Source: Nemertoderma westbladi | Lineage: Eukaryota > Animalia > Xenacoelomorpha | Assembly (NCBI GenBank): GCA_032718475.1 | Contig: JAUCBJ010008015.1 | Location: 1-64,000 of the forward strand | DNA: 64,000 nucleotides | Direction of reading: 5' to 3' | In this document: positions 49,501 through 60,713 of the stretch, piece after piece | How the letters are laid out: each line of letters starts with the position of its first letter | Position numbering within the stretch: position 1 is the stretch's first letter | Translations under genes and position numbers: made by a program | Notes under the pieces: model-generated | Databases searched by the model: none | What the model was told of the DNA's origin: nothing | Seen by the model: the letters and a program-made list of their open reading frames with translations, nothing else

Positions 49501-51297
49501 AATTTGTAATTCACGACAGGTTTCGAGAGACAAGTAACAACCTGCTACATCGAAGCAAACTACAATTAATGCAATTGCATTGTGGTTTTTGATGCTGACG
49601 TTTGCAACAAAGGTTCCAGCTTGTTCTAAAGTTGTTCCTCCTATTGATAATATTCTACAATTCAATTTTGGGCCAAGTGGAAAATTGTTTGCGAAGCTGG
49701 TCTCGTTGAATGTTTTAATACCCATTACATTAGCTCCTGCGCCTGTATCTGCTAATGCAATAACTTCAGAACTAAATAAACAATTTTCAGGTTGAATGTT
49801 GACTGCTATCAATGGTTGTATAGATTTTTCAATAACGGTTATTGTTAATTTATCGCCAATTGTTTGACAGGGTATTTTTGTATAGGTATTAATATTCAAA
49901 TTCGTATTATATTCATCTTCTTGTTCCTCATCGCTACTTTCAAAACAGATATTTTCATCATCATTATTTTCTTCTACCATATTAGCATTGGCAATGATTG
50001 CTTTGCTTGGACATACAGTTGTAAAATGTCCTAATCCACCACATGATATGCATTTTGCCTTGATTGCTGGACATTTATTAAACTGGTGGTTTGACTGACC
50101 ACATCTATTGCAACGGGGTTTGTTAGATAATTTTTCAGCATTTTTTCTCTCTTCTTTCTGTGATTCATTTCTATTTGTCTTTGTTCTGTCGAAATTTTTC
50201 CACTTCCGTTTAATATATTCCGTTTTTCCAGCATTTACAGATTTTGTATGAAATGTAAGACATTTGTTTGTAAAAGATTCAGCACTTTCATTTAAACTTT
50301 TTGAAGCCGCACGTGCCGATTCTAAAGAAGTAATGAATTTTCTGGAATCATTAAAATCGAGTGGAGGGTCTTTTGAAATTAATTTTTGATTGTCTTCCTC
50401 ATCAGAAATGGCCAATATCAACAAGGCTGTGTGTAATCTGTCAGTTGTTACTTTCTCTGTGTTAGCGTATTCACCCAACTCCTGAATTTCATTGCAGAGG
50501 GATGTGTATGATTGGCCATGTTTTTGTCGAATGGATAGTAAAGCACGCCAATCTAAGTTGCAGTTTCGGAGGGAACGGAGATAATGAAGAATATTGTTGT
50601 GAATTTCTTCAACTTCTTCATCTGTGTCTGCTGGGATATTTAATGTTCTGTTAATGATTCTTAAAAAACCTGGGGAGCAACAATCCCAAAATGCAGCAAC
50701 TTGAGTTTCTCGGGAACGCAAATTGAATTCCATTAAACTGTGGTAATTACGCCATAATGGACGCCATTCTCTAAACTTTCTAAAATCAGTATCAGATTCT
50801 AGAATTGGTGGACGGCGAGGTGTTAATTTCGGAAAATCAGCTTGACTTCTTCTAGTACCGGTACTGCCTCCACCAACTGGGTGTGTAAATTGAACAGGAG
50901 TAGCAGCTGCAGCAGCAATTGCAATATCCCGTTGTTGTCGTGTTTTATCAGCTGCCTCAAAGGCTGATAATTTCTCTTGTGCTTGTAAAAGTTGTTCCTC
51001 GATGCTGTCAATGTCTTTATCTTCGTCACCATTGGATGCTTCAGGATGGCAAATTATAGTCATCTCACAGTCACGGAACCTTTGGAATTTCTTATCCCAA
51101 TCATTCATTCGAGTAAATATTGAGGAGGGATATCCACGTTCATCTATTGCCAACATTTCGTATTCCTGTATTGCTGACAATGCTGCATTTCGAGCTTTTG
51201 TGACAGCTGCTTTGAATCCTCGTTTAGATGCTTTTAAAGATTTTAAATCTGTATTTTTTAAATCCATGCTTGTAGATGTAGGCCTACTGGCAATCAA
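46543..51297 (-). CDS. Gag-Pol polyprotein (two CCHC knuckles, aspartic protease, RT, RNase H, integrase)
   Basis: CNRCGQSNHQFNKC and CISCGGLGHFTTVC; LADTGA; LDFTKGYWQ and VIDD; TDAS and TDHKPL; HASHQG..CHDC, SDQGPQF, GNGHAE. PR-RT-RH-IN order indicates Gypsy. First ATG is 10 codons into the listed ORF. Confidence 0.95.
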   Translation of the reverse strand: MIASRPTSTSMDLKNTDLKSLKASKRGFKAAVTKARNAALSAIQEYEMLAIDERGYPSSIFTRMNDWDKKFQRFRDCEMTIICHPEASNGDEDKDIDSIEEQLLQAQEKLSAFEAADKTRQQRDIAIAAAAATPVQFTHPVGGGSTGTRRSQADFPKLTPRRPPILESDTDFRKFREWRPLWRNYHSLMEFNLRSRETQVAAFWDCCSPGFLRIINRTLNIPADTDEEVEEIHNNILHYLRSLRNCNLDWRALLSIRQKHGQSYTSLCNEIQELGEYANTEKVTTDRLHTALLILAISDEEDNQKLISKDPPLDFNDSRKFITSLESARAASKSLNESAESFTNKCLTFHTKSVNAGKTEYIKRKWKNFDRTKTNRNESQKEERKNAEKLSNKPRCNRCGQSNHQFNKCPAIKAKCISCGGLGHFTTVCPSKAIIANANMVEENNDDENICFESSDEEQEDEYNTNLNINTYTKIPCQTIGDKLTITVIEKSIQPLIAVNIQPENCLFSSEVIALADTGAGANVMGIKTFNETSFANNFPLGPKLNCRILSIGGTTLEQAGTFVANVSIKNHNAIALIVVCFDVAGCYLSLETCRELQIVSSHFPYPKNENTNINNIKKDTQPLSDVWSDRESWINDLPKNCSMDDQIILEINNKLKTIYSQVFHDSIELKTMKGGEVGSPMSISLKQDAVPYAIHTARQIPYALLDKVRKNIEYMIKSKIIESVGDIPTKWCHPLVVIPKPNGDVRLCVDLTKLNNQVQRTSYHTKTPAEAINGFTPTDKYFAKLDFTKGYWQMELDSTSQDLTVFITPFGKFKFLRSPMGFVSTGDSYSYRGDCALTGLNVNKVIDDVGIGAPTLQELVRIVCNVLERCTKHNITINKDKSILCSNKINFVGYSISHGSIRADKKKIDAISDFPTPCSRTDLRSFLGLTNQLGSFCKEIAAVASPLRQLLQTKNEFMWLQEHTNIFENLKKLLVSPPILGMFDPSAETSLQTDASRSHGLGFALLQKQDNEWRLIQCGSRFIRDVETRYAAVELEALAILWAIKKCHVYLAGLPSFQVITDHKPLVSLFNQYGLVDIENTRVLNYRSKLTPYSFTVCWKRGKEHFIPDALSRAPTSEPQEDDYFIDELIAEQSELIVNVAITSANEIPDLILDDLRENAQKDPDYRQLILAILNDFPSSIKSDYIEQFKNIKDELSLDDNLILRGCQIVIPPNSVKNILHRLHASHQGIEKTKRRARQTVYWPGYTYDIIKTIESCHDCQLYRPSQIQEPMIQRDIPPRAFVSVSTDFYEYAGQHYIIIADRYSGYTTTEKFVSHPSSTDTISVFKRYFSMTGIPNELSSDQGPQFASEEMQLFFKQWGITWSPSSPRYPKGNGHAEVNVKKMKYLLAKTGGDITSDEYIAGVIELLNTPNKDGLSPSQRVFGHPTRSLLPVHWQYYSADWQKSADKADCSRLRNAVKRQFYHDRSAVALTPIENGTTVLVQNPVTKRWDRLATVIDTSNHRRYRIKLESGRALYRNRLFLRPVQQELCGSEWKHTQRNTNANETNQMIPVQSDSSWNSVRRSTRQRVKPDKLIYKRLGSPK

Positions 51298-51879
51298 TTA
51301 TACATGTACAATTAGGGGAAATCAATATTTATAAATTCAATAATCCGCGTTGTACTACCGGTCTAGGTTGTACTGGTATTGGTATAGAGATATATTAGTG
51401 CAGTAGAACCGGCACGGCCATCCGATCGAGCCCTAGTACAGTGGCCTATTCCTGTATTCTGCTATTCGTAGCCAATCTGCCAATTGCAGTAAATGGGTAG
51501 GCCTACCTGCCTACCTATCTCCTCAGTGGTCTTTTCTTTAGTATAAATATCTGACTGTCTGAAACAACCGATGTCAGAATAACAGAATAATGTAATAACT
51601 AGAAACTGCAAAACGGATCTGTTTTGCTGTTCAACTCTTGAGCCATAGTGATCCTGCTGGATACTGGGCTAATCCAGTAATCTGCTAATAACAGAATGAA
51701 TTGGAAACAATGTGATTCGGTACCGGTATCGTCGCTTACCGCAGGGCTGCAGACCGCGCGTTATTTACCGCCTACCGTCAGACCATTAAGTTCAGAAGTT
51801 GTAATTAAGCAATTACAGTATAAGATGAAGCTAACTGTAGCCTGTAGCCGCTATTGTAGATTCATAAATCGCAGCGCCA

Positions 51880-52054
51880 TGGTATGTTCTGCCATAGGCA
51901 GTCAACTGAACAATAAATAGCAATGTTCCAACCAGATATGTTATATTGCAGTATGGACTAAATGATACCGGTAGTAGTAAAGTACCCCAGTAGGAATCGA
52001 CTTAGGTCCTACTAAGGTTTGTAATGACCTCCACCATTATATTAATATCTCCCA
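51880..52054 (-). repeat. 5' LTR of Gypsy element
   Basis: Adjacent to the PBS; identical by eye to 46245-46419. Confidence 0.95.
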
Positions 52055-52460
52055 TATATATTGATCGTTTTTGTGATAAGTTACATACTTCGAACTCGCA
52101 ATTTGGCTTTAAGCAAAATTACGGCACCGAACTCTGTATCTTCACTTTGAAAGAAATTATTCAGCATTATCTTGAAAATGATTCAGCAGTTTACGTGTGT
52201 TTTATTGACTCATCAAAAGCTTTTGATTTAGTAAATCATTACACACTTTTTAAAAAACTTATAGATAGGGGCATACCGTTGTTTTATATTCGGCCGATTA
52301 AATTTTGGTACAAATTTCAACAATTAGGTGTACTTTGGGGTGGTTTTATTTTTAACTATTTTCATGTTTCTAACGGGACCAAACAAGGTGGTATTTTATC
52401 TCCGTATTTATATAGCGTATATCTTGATGACCTGAGTAGGGAATTAAATAACAGTAATGT

Positions 52461-52556
52461 GGGGCGAGCCACGAAGTTGGCGGAGCCTTAGCGAATTGAC
52501 ACTGTTAGGGGGTGGGTCAATTTATGCAAATAGTTGTCGTCGTCGTCGTCGTCGTT

Positions 52557-52652
<96 letters not shown>

Positions 52653-52656
52653 GTCG

Positions 52657-52688
<32 letters not shown>

Positions 52689-53876
52689 GTCGTTACGATT
52701 TTGACATGCTAATAACTTTGTCGGATTTAAAGCTGCCAAGTTGAAAATTTGTAGGTATCAATATGAGCAAAAGTTGAGATTTTTGAGAGACTTTCAGACA
52801 CCATCAGTGCAATGGTCTCCCGCTAGAGGGCCACATGTCTAAACATTAAATGCCCTCCCATTTCTTTGCTTTTAATCCGTTTAAGCTGAAACTTGGCAGA
52901 TATGTATTAGACCATTAGCTGTGACTTTCAAAGGAGGCGAATCCATCTGCAGTTCTCCAGTCTGCCGCTAGAGGGCCAAAGGTCTGAAAGTGAAATCGTT
53001 GTCGTCGTTACAATTTTGACATGCTAATAACTTTGTCGGATTTAAAGCTGCCAAGTTGAAAATTTGTAGGTATCAATATGAGCTAAAGTTTAGATTTTTG
53101 AGAGACTTTCAGACACCATCAGTGCAATGGTCTCCCGCTAGAGGGCTACATGTCTAAACATTAAATGCCCTCCCATTTCTTTGCTTTTAATCCGTTTAAG
53201 CTGAAACTTTGCAGTAAACTTGGAAACTTGGAAATATGTATTAGACCATTAGCTGTGACTTTCAAAGGAGGCGAATCCATCTGCAGTTCTCCAGTCTGCC
53301 GCTAGAGGGCCAAATGTCTGAAAGTGAAATCGTTGTCGTCGTTATGATATTGATTTCCTTTAACTTTGTCGAATTTAAAGCTGCCAAGTTGAAAATTTGT
53401 TTTGTTGAAAATCAGTTCAACAGTCACCCGCTATAGGACTACTTTATGCCTGAAAGTGAATAGATTCTCCCGTCTCATTGATTTTAATCAGTTTAAGCTG
53501 AATCTTGCCATATATTCTGGACCACATGCTGCGTCTTTGTGGGGGGGGGGGGGGGGGAGATTTAATCGGTCTGCCGCTATACGACGAAATTTCTGAAAGT
53601 GAGATCCGTCTCTCATTTCGTTATCCGTTATTCAAGATGAAACTTGGCCGATGTACGTATGTACTATTCATCCATAGGCTGTGTCTTTGTGGGGCTGGAG
53701 ACCCTAATCCATCTTCAGTTCTCACTATACCGCTAGAGTCAGAAATGTCTGAATAGAAATGAAAGAGGTAAAAAGTGATTAGGCGAAATCTGCTTAAAAT
53801 TTGCTAATACAGTAATACTTTCGAATTAGTACTTAAATTAAATTTAAGTCACGTGCTGCGCGAAGGCCCCACTTCG
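52461..53876. mobile_element. Non-autonomous element (Helentron/HINE-like) with (GTC)n microsatellite and ~150-bp internal subrepeats
   Basis: Interrupts the LINE RT frame precisely, with TGT on both sides. 5' hairpin GCCACGAAGTTGGC; GTGGGGC..GCCCCAC subterminal inverted match; (GTC)n at 52535-52693; repeated CCGCTAGAGGGC cores. Confidence 0.7.
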
Positions 53877-54399
53877 TGTAGGTTGTATGATGTCTGGTGT
53901 CCGCTCTAATCATATGATGTATGCCGATGATTTGTCTATGTTTTCAAATTCGATTACTGGACTGCAAAAACTGCTACATATTTTTGAAAAATATGCACTT
54001 CTACATTCGATTACGGTTAATCTTAAAAAATCCAAATGCATGTATTATTTCCCTAAATCGTGTAAAAACTCAAATGTAGGACAAGTATCTTTAAATATTA
54101 ATAAGTTAACAATAGTGCACGAGATTAAATATTTAGGTCATATACTTTGCGATAATACAGACGATAATTCGGATATTCATAATCAATTAAGATCATTTTA
54201 TAAACGTGCTAATACCATTATTAAAAAATTTGCAAATTGTACTACAGCCGTAAAAGTTAAATTATTTCGATGTTTTTGTACTCAATTTTATTGTAACGCT
54301 TTGTGGTCTAGATTAAATTACTCTGCTTCTGTGCATAATAAATTAAGAGTAGCATATAATACAGCGGACAGACGCTTTTTCGGTAAAATTGTTTAGTGA

Positions 54400-54659
54400 T
54401 CGACCTTGTTTCCATGAGGTTGCCGTGAGGACCAGCCAGTGCATAATCTTGTACTTTAGCAGCCTCATGGAGTGAATAAGCATGGTGGACAGTCCATGAC
54501 TTTCTTGAGACGCATCTTAAAGGACACTGGCCTTGAAGATGCGGATGATCTAGCAAACGTCATGGGTGATAGGGAGTTGTGGCGTCGCAATTTTGTCGAT
54601 AAGCCGGCACAGCATTCTCAAAAATGCAGCTGCAATGCAGCATGCCGATCCTAGTAGTT
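54400..54659 (+). mobile_element. 3' end of RTE-like LINE
   Basis: TFLRRILKDTGLEDADDLANVMGDRELWRR resembles RTE-clade C-termini; (TAG)n tail; second tail copy at 37625. Confidence 0.6.
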
Positions 54660-55578
54660 GTTTTCATGGATTTGAGGGCACTTTTAATTTTCCAGTTTTT
54701 ATTTCTCAACTATTTCATGATAAATATCATTGCGGCGGGAAGTTTCGGGAACATTATATAATAACTGAAGATTAAATAAAGGGCATTAAAATTAATTATT
54801 GGCTTGCGATTTGAAAATATTTGAATACCTTTTAATATATTTTTATTATATGTCTCAGTGCAATATCTTCATACATAAATACATTCTTGGCGTTTTTCTG
54901 TTTCTTCTTAATCTTACAAGTACGAAGTCACAACTATTTCAGCGAAAAAATAACATTTCAACATTACAATGGAAACTGATATACAGAGAGAACAACATAC
55001 TGACATAGTAAAAGGTGAAAAAGAAAGAATAATAAAGGATTGAATTGTGAATTTGAGACATAAATGTGATTGGACCATATTTATATCATCTTTTACTCCA
55101 TAATAATAAAAATGTGAAAACATTATGTATATACAACGATATGATCTTCTGTAACATTATTTACACATAATTTAATAAATTTAATAAATGCCGCACTTTA
55201 ATAACCACTGTTGACCTTGATACTAAAAGTAACTCAATTTAAATAAAATGTTATGTGAGAATCCGTCATAATGCCACGGAGACAGAATCATTATTGAAAA
55301 AAAACAGAAACATATTAACCGAATATTATGCAGCTTTAAGAATAATTAATGAAATTATCCGTCTACAATAAATGCCGAAATATTAAATTAGCAACATAAA
55401 TTTCAGAAAAATAACTATCGGAATTTATATAATATATATAAATCTTTCACTCAACAAATTATTAAACAATTTTAATTAATATATAATTAATATGGCACCT
55501 TTATAGCTGGAAATGTGATAATTAAATTCTGGAATAATACAAGATTAAGCGAAAGTGAAGTAAATAGACTTGTGCGGT

Positions 55579-56111
55579 TCATTTATTATCAACAATAAAG
55601 CCATCGACGTACTTCCGAATCGGAGCTAATTTCCGACGCAATTCGCCTCCGACACTATCCGATCTCATATAGTCAACCGGCGGTTTCTGCGAAGGTTTGG
55701 CTACTTCGTCTGCTGACTGCACTGTTGGTTCAGTATGATCAGTCGCAGGCGGTGTTGGTGAGTGTCGTGTATCTGATTGGTCTGAAGACATTCTCGGCGG
55801 TTGTCCGTTCTCTGATTGGTTATCAGATACACTAGGTTGCGGTCCGTTCTCTGATTGGTTATCAGATACACTAGGTTGTGGTCCGTTCTCTGATTGGTTA
55901 TCCGATACACTAGGTTGTGGTCCGTTCTCTGATTGGTTATCAGAGACTAGAGGCTTGTCATCCACATGTGATTGGTCGACAGATTGACTTGCTTGGTCCA
56001 CTTCTCGGGATGGTTCAACGTTTTGTTTCTCAGTTTCTTTTATTACCGGTTTCTCAGACACGGGAATAACTATGTTCTCGGGAATTTGTGACGGTGGTTG
56101 TTGCTCAGCAA
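55579..56111 (-). CDS. Gene B terminal coding exon; S/Q/P/acidic low-complexity tail with 39-bp coding repeat (about 4 copies)
   Basis: ttttcag acceptor at 56112-13, phase 1; repeat SVSDNQSENGPQP; stop at 55579. Confidence 0.75.
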
Positions 56112-56344
56112 CTGAAAATAACAAGACAATACAAAAAACAATCTGTTTAGTGTACACAATAACGCAGACTGTATAAATGTTGTTCTACCACAATATATGT
56201 AAGTACAACTAACCAACCAACCAAACAAACAAATAATAGTATCTTACACTAATTGCAGAGTCAATTTGTAGGGTTACTATTACTGTGTTCACCTAATATC
56301 GGTTCAGTAATGTTGGCCTACATACAGGTAGGCACGCAACATAC

Positions 56345-56488
56345 CGAATACAGAATCATCTATATTTTCCACAACCCTATCCGAGTGATTTATTCGAGGG
56401 TCTTCAACTTTAATTGGCTCAATGATTTCTATATCGATAACTTTATCGCCAGATTTCGAATGCTTTCGGTGGGCTCTTAGTAACTCAT
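56345..56488 (-). CDS. Gene B internal exon
   Basis: ttttag|(D)ELLRAHRKHSKSGDKVIDIEIIEPIKVEDPRINHSDRVVENIDDSVF|gtatgt; 144 bp, phase 1-1. Confidence 0.7.
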
Positions 56489-56843
56489 CTAAAAGATTAA
56501 TTGTTTTCTAAGAATACAAACACCGTGGGGAATATAACGACGGCAGAGTAGTTTTTCGAGTTTAGATGCGGATTCTATTAGACAGTGTAACACCAATTAT
56601 TGTTTCAGTGAAGTCCATATAATGATAATAATTTAGCGAAAATTATTCAAGATAAGTTAGTTTAAATAGAAAATGGCAGTTAAGCTGTGAGGAGGCCTAC
56701 CATTAAGCCCGAACCCTAAATGCTCAGTTAGTCTTTAAATTTAGTATCAATGATTTATAATATATTTATAATTAAACTAAATGTTTCAAATCGCCAAAAA
56801 GAATAGAAAAAACAATTCAGTTAATAAGACCTTAATGTAGTAA

Positions 56844-57090
56844 GCGGCGGGGTAGCTCAGTTGGTTGAGCACCGGGCCTGCAATCTAATGGTTGTAGGTT
56901 CAGCCCCGCCAGGTTCCACTCAGCCTTTCATCCACTGGGGTCGATAAAATGAGTACCAGTTAAATAACTGGGAGCAAATCTTGGGATAGGAGTAGCGCCC
57001 ACCCCTACCCTCGGGTAGCAGCTATCGAAAGAGGAGCCTTCGGGTCACCTCCGGCTTCGGCCGACTGTTTACTTGCTTTGCTTTGCTTGC
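56844..57090 (+). mobile_element. Full-length tRNA-derived SINE
   Basis: A box TAGCTCAGTTGG, B-box-like GGTTCAGCCCC, central CCACTCAGCCTTTCATCC..GGTCGATAAAATGAGTACC, (TTGC)n tail, 11-bp TSD TAATGTAGTAA (56833-43 and 57091-101). Confidence 0.9.
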
Positions 57091-57117
57091 TAATGTAGTA
57101 ATCCTACTGTACAAGTT

Positions 57118-57200
57118 GCCATGTTGGTTAGAGCGCCTGTCTTCCAATCGGAATGCCGTGAGTTCGAGCCCCAGATAAGGAACAGCTTCCTCCCTCTCCT
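57118..57200 (+). mobile_element. tRNA-like SINE head fragment
   Basis: GTTGGTTAGAGCG...GTGAGTTCGAGCCCC; no acceptor stem, so not a tRNA gene. Confidence 0.45.
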
Positions 57201-57386
57201 GTCACATCCGTTGATAACTTTAGTTTACTTTTAGGTTACACTGTTGCCGAACAGTGAGGATTACGATATTTATCGTATAAGTGAGGAGATTTAAGGCGAG
57301 GGTGAGACTAGAGACGCAGATTGCATGAATATTATAGCGGAACGTGCAAAAGGTGGAACTAAAAGCAGGCGTGAAACAGCAATAAT

Positions 57387-59743
57387 TTGTTTTGTGCAGA
57401 AGTAAATCATAAATTAGATATTGAAAAGTACGCACTTGATTTATTGCAAGTTATTGAAAGCTGTGCAGTAGACTGTTTATCTAATAGAAATGATAAGAAT
57501 GGTGCTGGTACATTTGATAGGCCTATGCTCCCAGGTTGGAATGAAAATGTTAAACCTTTCCGTGACGAGTCAATCTTTTGGCATAGTGTCTGGGTGTCTG
57601 CTGGGTGTCCGAATGTTTCTCAAAATGCACATCTATTTCATATGCGTAGAGTTACAAGGGCTCAGTTTAAATATGCTGTGCGACGGTTGAAACGCGCTTC
57701 TGATAACATTCAGCGAGACAAATTACTGCAAGCCTGTTTGAGAAACAATCAACAGATATTCGAGGAGATTAAGAAGCTGCGTCGGGTGTCGCCTGTAGTT
57801 AGTTCTAGAATAGATGACTGTGTTGACTCACAGTCAATAGCTGATCGCTTTGCTTCAATTTACTCCACATTGTTTAATCAACCTTATAACTCAAATTTGG
57901 AAGGTTTACGGCAGCAGATTCATGAGAAATTGGACAGTTGTGATAGGGATGCATTGCCGCTTATAACTTCAGAGCTAGTTTGGGAGGCTATGAATAAGCT
58001 TAAAAGTTCTAAGACAGATGTAGCCTTTGGATTTGATTCGGACTGCTTAATCAATGCGGGCCCGGAATTTAGAGAGCAATTAGTTAGGTTATTTAACTTG
58101 TTTCTTGTTCATGGTTTTGTACCTCAATTTCTTCTGACTTGCGTTATATTACCTTTAATTAAAGATAAGCTGGGTGATCAAGCCGTCTCTAGTAACTACC
58201 GTGCAATAGCTTTGTCATCATTGTTAATCAAACTATTTGAATGGGTAATGTTGCTGTCACAATCTGAATGCCTTTCATTGGATGAGCTGCAGTTCGGTTT
58301 TCAGTCTGGTACGGGGACAAGCCAGTGCTCGTGGGTGGCCTCAGAGGTGATTGGTCATTACTCCAGGTACAATACACCAGTATATGGGAGTCTACTTGAC
58401 CTCACAAAGGCATTCGATATGGTCGAGTGGTGTAAACTATTCTTGGAACTGATCAAAAAGGGTTTCTCTCCATTATTCCTACGTACCCTACTGTGGATAT
58501 ATTCCAATCAATCCTGTTGTGTCCGTTGGAATGAAACTTTATCGTCTCCTTTCGGTATTTCTAATGGTGTAAAACAGGGATCTGTGGCCTCGCCAATTCT
58601 TTTTTGCATTCTTCTCAACTCGCTCCTTGTGCGTCTGCGAGAGGCAGGTGTAGGATGCTGGATAGGCACATATTTCTTGGGTGCACTAGCATACGCGGAT
58701 GATATTTTCTTGTTGTGCCCATCTCTGTGCGGCCTTCAGTTTATGGTTTCATTATGCGAAAGATTTGCACAAGATAATGATTTAGTTTTCAGTACAAAGG
58801 TAACTCCAGAGAAGTCTAAATCGAAATGTATTGCATTCAGCAACTCGACGCGTTGGAGGGAACCTGCTGCCAGAATACATTTAAATGGTCACGATTTGCC
58901 ATGGGTTCGTGAGGCAGTTCATTTGGGGCATGTTTTTGATTTTCGCAATAGTATGGTGTCTGATGTACTGAAAAAACGCGGCCAATTAATAGGTAAATTA
59001 AATGCACTAAGACAAGAGTTTTATTTTTCTGATCCTTATTTATTGTGCGATATCCAGCGGATTTACGCAACTTGTCTTTTTGGGAGTAATCTATGGGACC
59101 TTTTTTCAGACAGTACATCTAGAATTTATACATCGTGGAATATTAATATTAGATTAATATTCAGATTACCTTACAATACACATAGATTTATTGTAGAGAA
59201 TTTGGTACCTTTTAAGCATCCGTGCGTAATGTTGCAAACTCGTTATGTTAAATTTGTTAACTCTTTACTCACATCTAATAAACGTATTATACGATTTTTG
59301 GCTGAATTGTGCGTTTTTGATTGTAGGACACGTTCGGGCACAAATTTACGAAATATTGGTAACCGGTGTAACATATATAATTTACGTTCTCTGGTCCCAA
59401 GGTTTGCTAATAGTTTGAGTTATGCACATGTGCCTGTTGGTAATGAATGGCGGGTTCCTTTGTTACAAGAACTTATTAATTGTCGGTTAAATAACGCTAG
59501 TGTTCCCGGTTTTGATTCTCTTGAACTAGATAATATTATAAATTTTGCTGCCACTGCATGATTCTTCTCTTAGTTTGTTGGTTAGGGTTTAATACACTTA
59601 CATTTTACCAATATTTTGTCTTGTTTCTGTTTCAGTCTGTGCTTTTGTTATTTTATAGTTTAGGTGGTCGATTTGTGCACATTAATTACGGTGTACCAAA
59701 CTATATTTTGTTTGTGTATAAAATTAAATTAAAAAAAAAAAAA
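57387..59743 (+). mobile_element. 5'-truncated L2/CR1-group LINE with uninterrupted RT ORF and poly(A) tail
   Basis: ORF 57387-59561 (NYRAIA, QFGFQ, DLTKAFD, GVKQGSVASP, YADD, HLGH); A-run at ~59731-59743; related to but distinct from the 44960 LINE. Confidence 0.92.
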
Positions 59744-60713
59744 ATAATAATTCTAGAACGCTCGCGATACGTGTTTCCATGGCTACCACATTAGATGGGC
59801 AATTAATAAATACCCTAGCTTTGTTATAAATATGGAAATTTGAAGATAAATATTTATTCACCAGTAAAGATTCAAATTATGAAATCATGACAACTTCATC
59901 TAAAGTTTTCTGATTAGAACTTCTAATACCCAGTGATGCAGGTGTTAAAAAAAGTGGTAGTTCTGGGGGATTTAATCACTGCAAGTGTTGGCGGGTTACA
60001 ACAGTAGTTACTCTCTATTTTAAAGAAAGTGGACATACAGATAGAGTCTTAGCGAAGTGGTACTTTATGCATATTGTATTCAACCGGTTTTCGGTAGACC
60101 GACAAAAATAAGAAACACAACAAGGAAGGCAACACCCCCCACCCGCCCCGCAACTAACATCCGCACAAATACGAAATAAAACAAAACACAAATACGAAAC
60201 ACCATTTTCATTTGATAACATTGTTTCTATGATTTTTGATCTCTCCCACTCCCACCACCAGTGATGCACCCATGCTACCTACCTGTTGTAGGTGGGGGTT
60301 GGTTGCTTGACCCAGAAACGATGTAGTAAATGGCTGCTTGATTCCCAGTGATTTACATACCCGTGATAGTTTATTTAATGCGACCGTGTTTGGATGTGTT
60401 TTCAAATAGATGCGAAACAGATTGTTTTTGTATTTATTATATCTCGTCTCGTCGAAATATCAATGTTAATTACCAATTACGGGAAAGAACCACGTTACAT
60501 AGACACGTAATTCTAACCAAAACAATAAACGAAAGATACAGTTTTATATTTGTAATTCGGAATTGTGTGGGTCGGAATTGCCCCGGTCGGAATTGTCCGT
60601 ACAAATTTAAATTTGTCCGTACACCTTTTACCTTTACCTTTATATCAGCTGATATTTGTTCCGCCCCTCAACTGAGCTCAGACTGAGGTTTTATTAAACC
60701 GTCAGCAGTTACC

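Larger units (their letters stand above)
46245..52054 (-). mobile_element. Full-length Ty3/Gypsy LTR retrotransposon, Mag-like
   Basis: 175-bp TG..CA LTRs; 5-bp TSD TATAT (46240-44 and 52055-59); PBS TGGCGCTGCGA (51869-51879, minus); PPT GAAAGGGAGT (46420-46429, minus); single intact gag-pol ORF. Confidence 0.96.
44960..54396 (+). mobile_element. L2/CR1-group LINE (APE endonuclease C-part and RT) split into three pieces by two nested insertions
   Basis: GDFNA at 44976, WLDH and SDHFPV (endonuclease); NYRGIA, QFGFK, DSSKAFD, GTKQGGILSP, YADD, YLGH (RT). Pieces 44960-46244, 52060-52460 and 53880-54396 rejoin in one frame. Confidence 0.9.

Noticed and set aside
47057-51334. Short plus-strand ORFs within the Gypsy element
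   Set aside because: Antisense shadows of gag-pol with no recognisable motifs.
52457-52744. Poly-Arg, poly-Val and poly-Asp ORFs
   Set aside because: (GTC)n microsatellite inside a non-autonomous TE.
56112-56157. Apparent signal peptide MYTKQIVFCIVLLFSVA
   Set aside because: GTG start; it is the translated polypyrimidine tract of a good acceptor that is in phase with the upstream exon.
56844-56915. tRNA gene
   Set aside because: No proper acceptor stem; continues into a SINE body with tail and TSD.
59862-60014. Additional gene B exon
   Set aside because: AG/GT sites are present but the frames contain stops or give no coherent protein; flanking exons join in phase without it.
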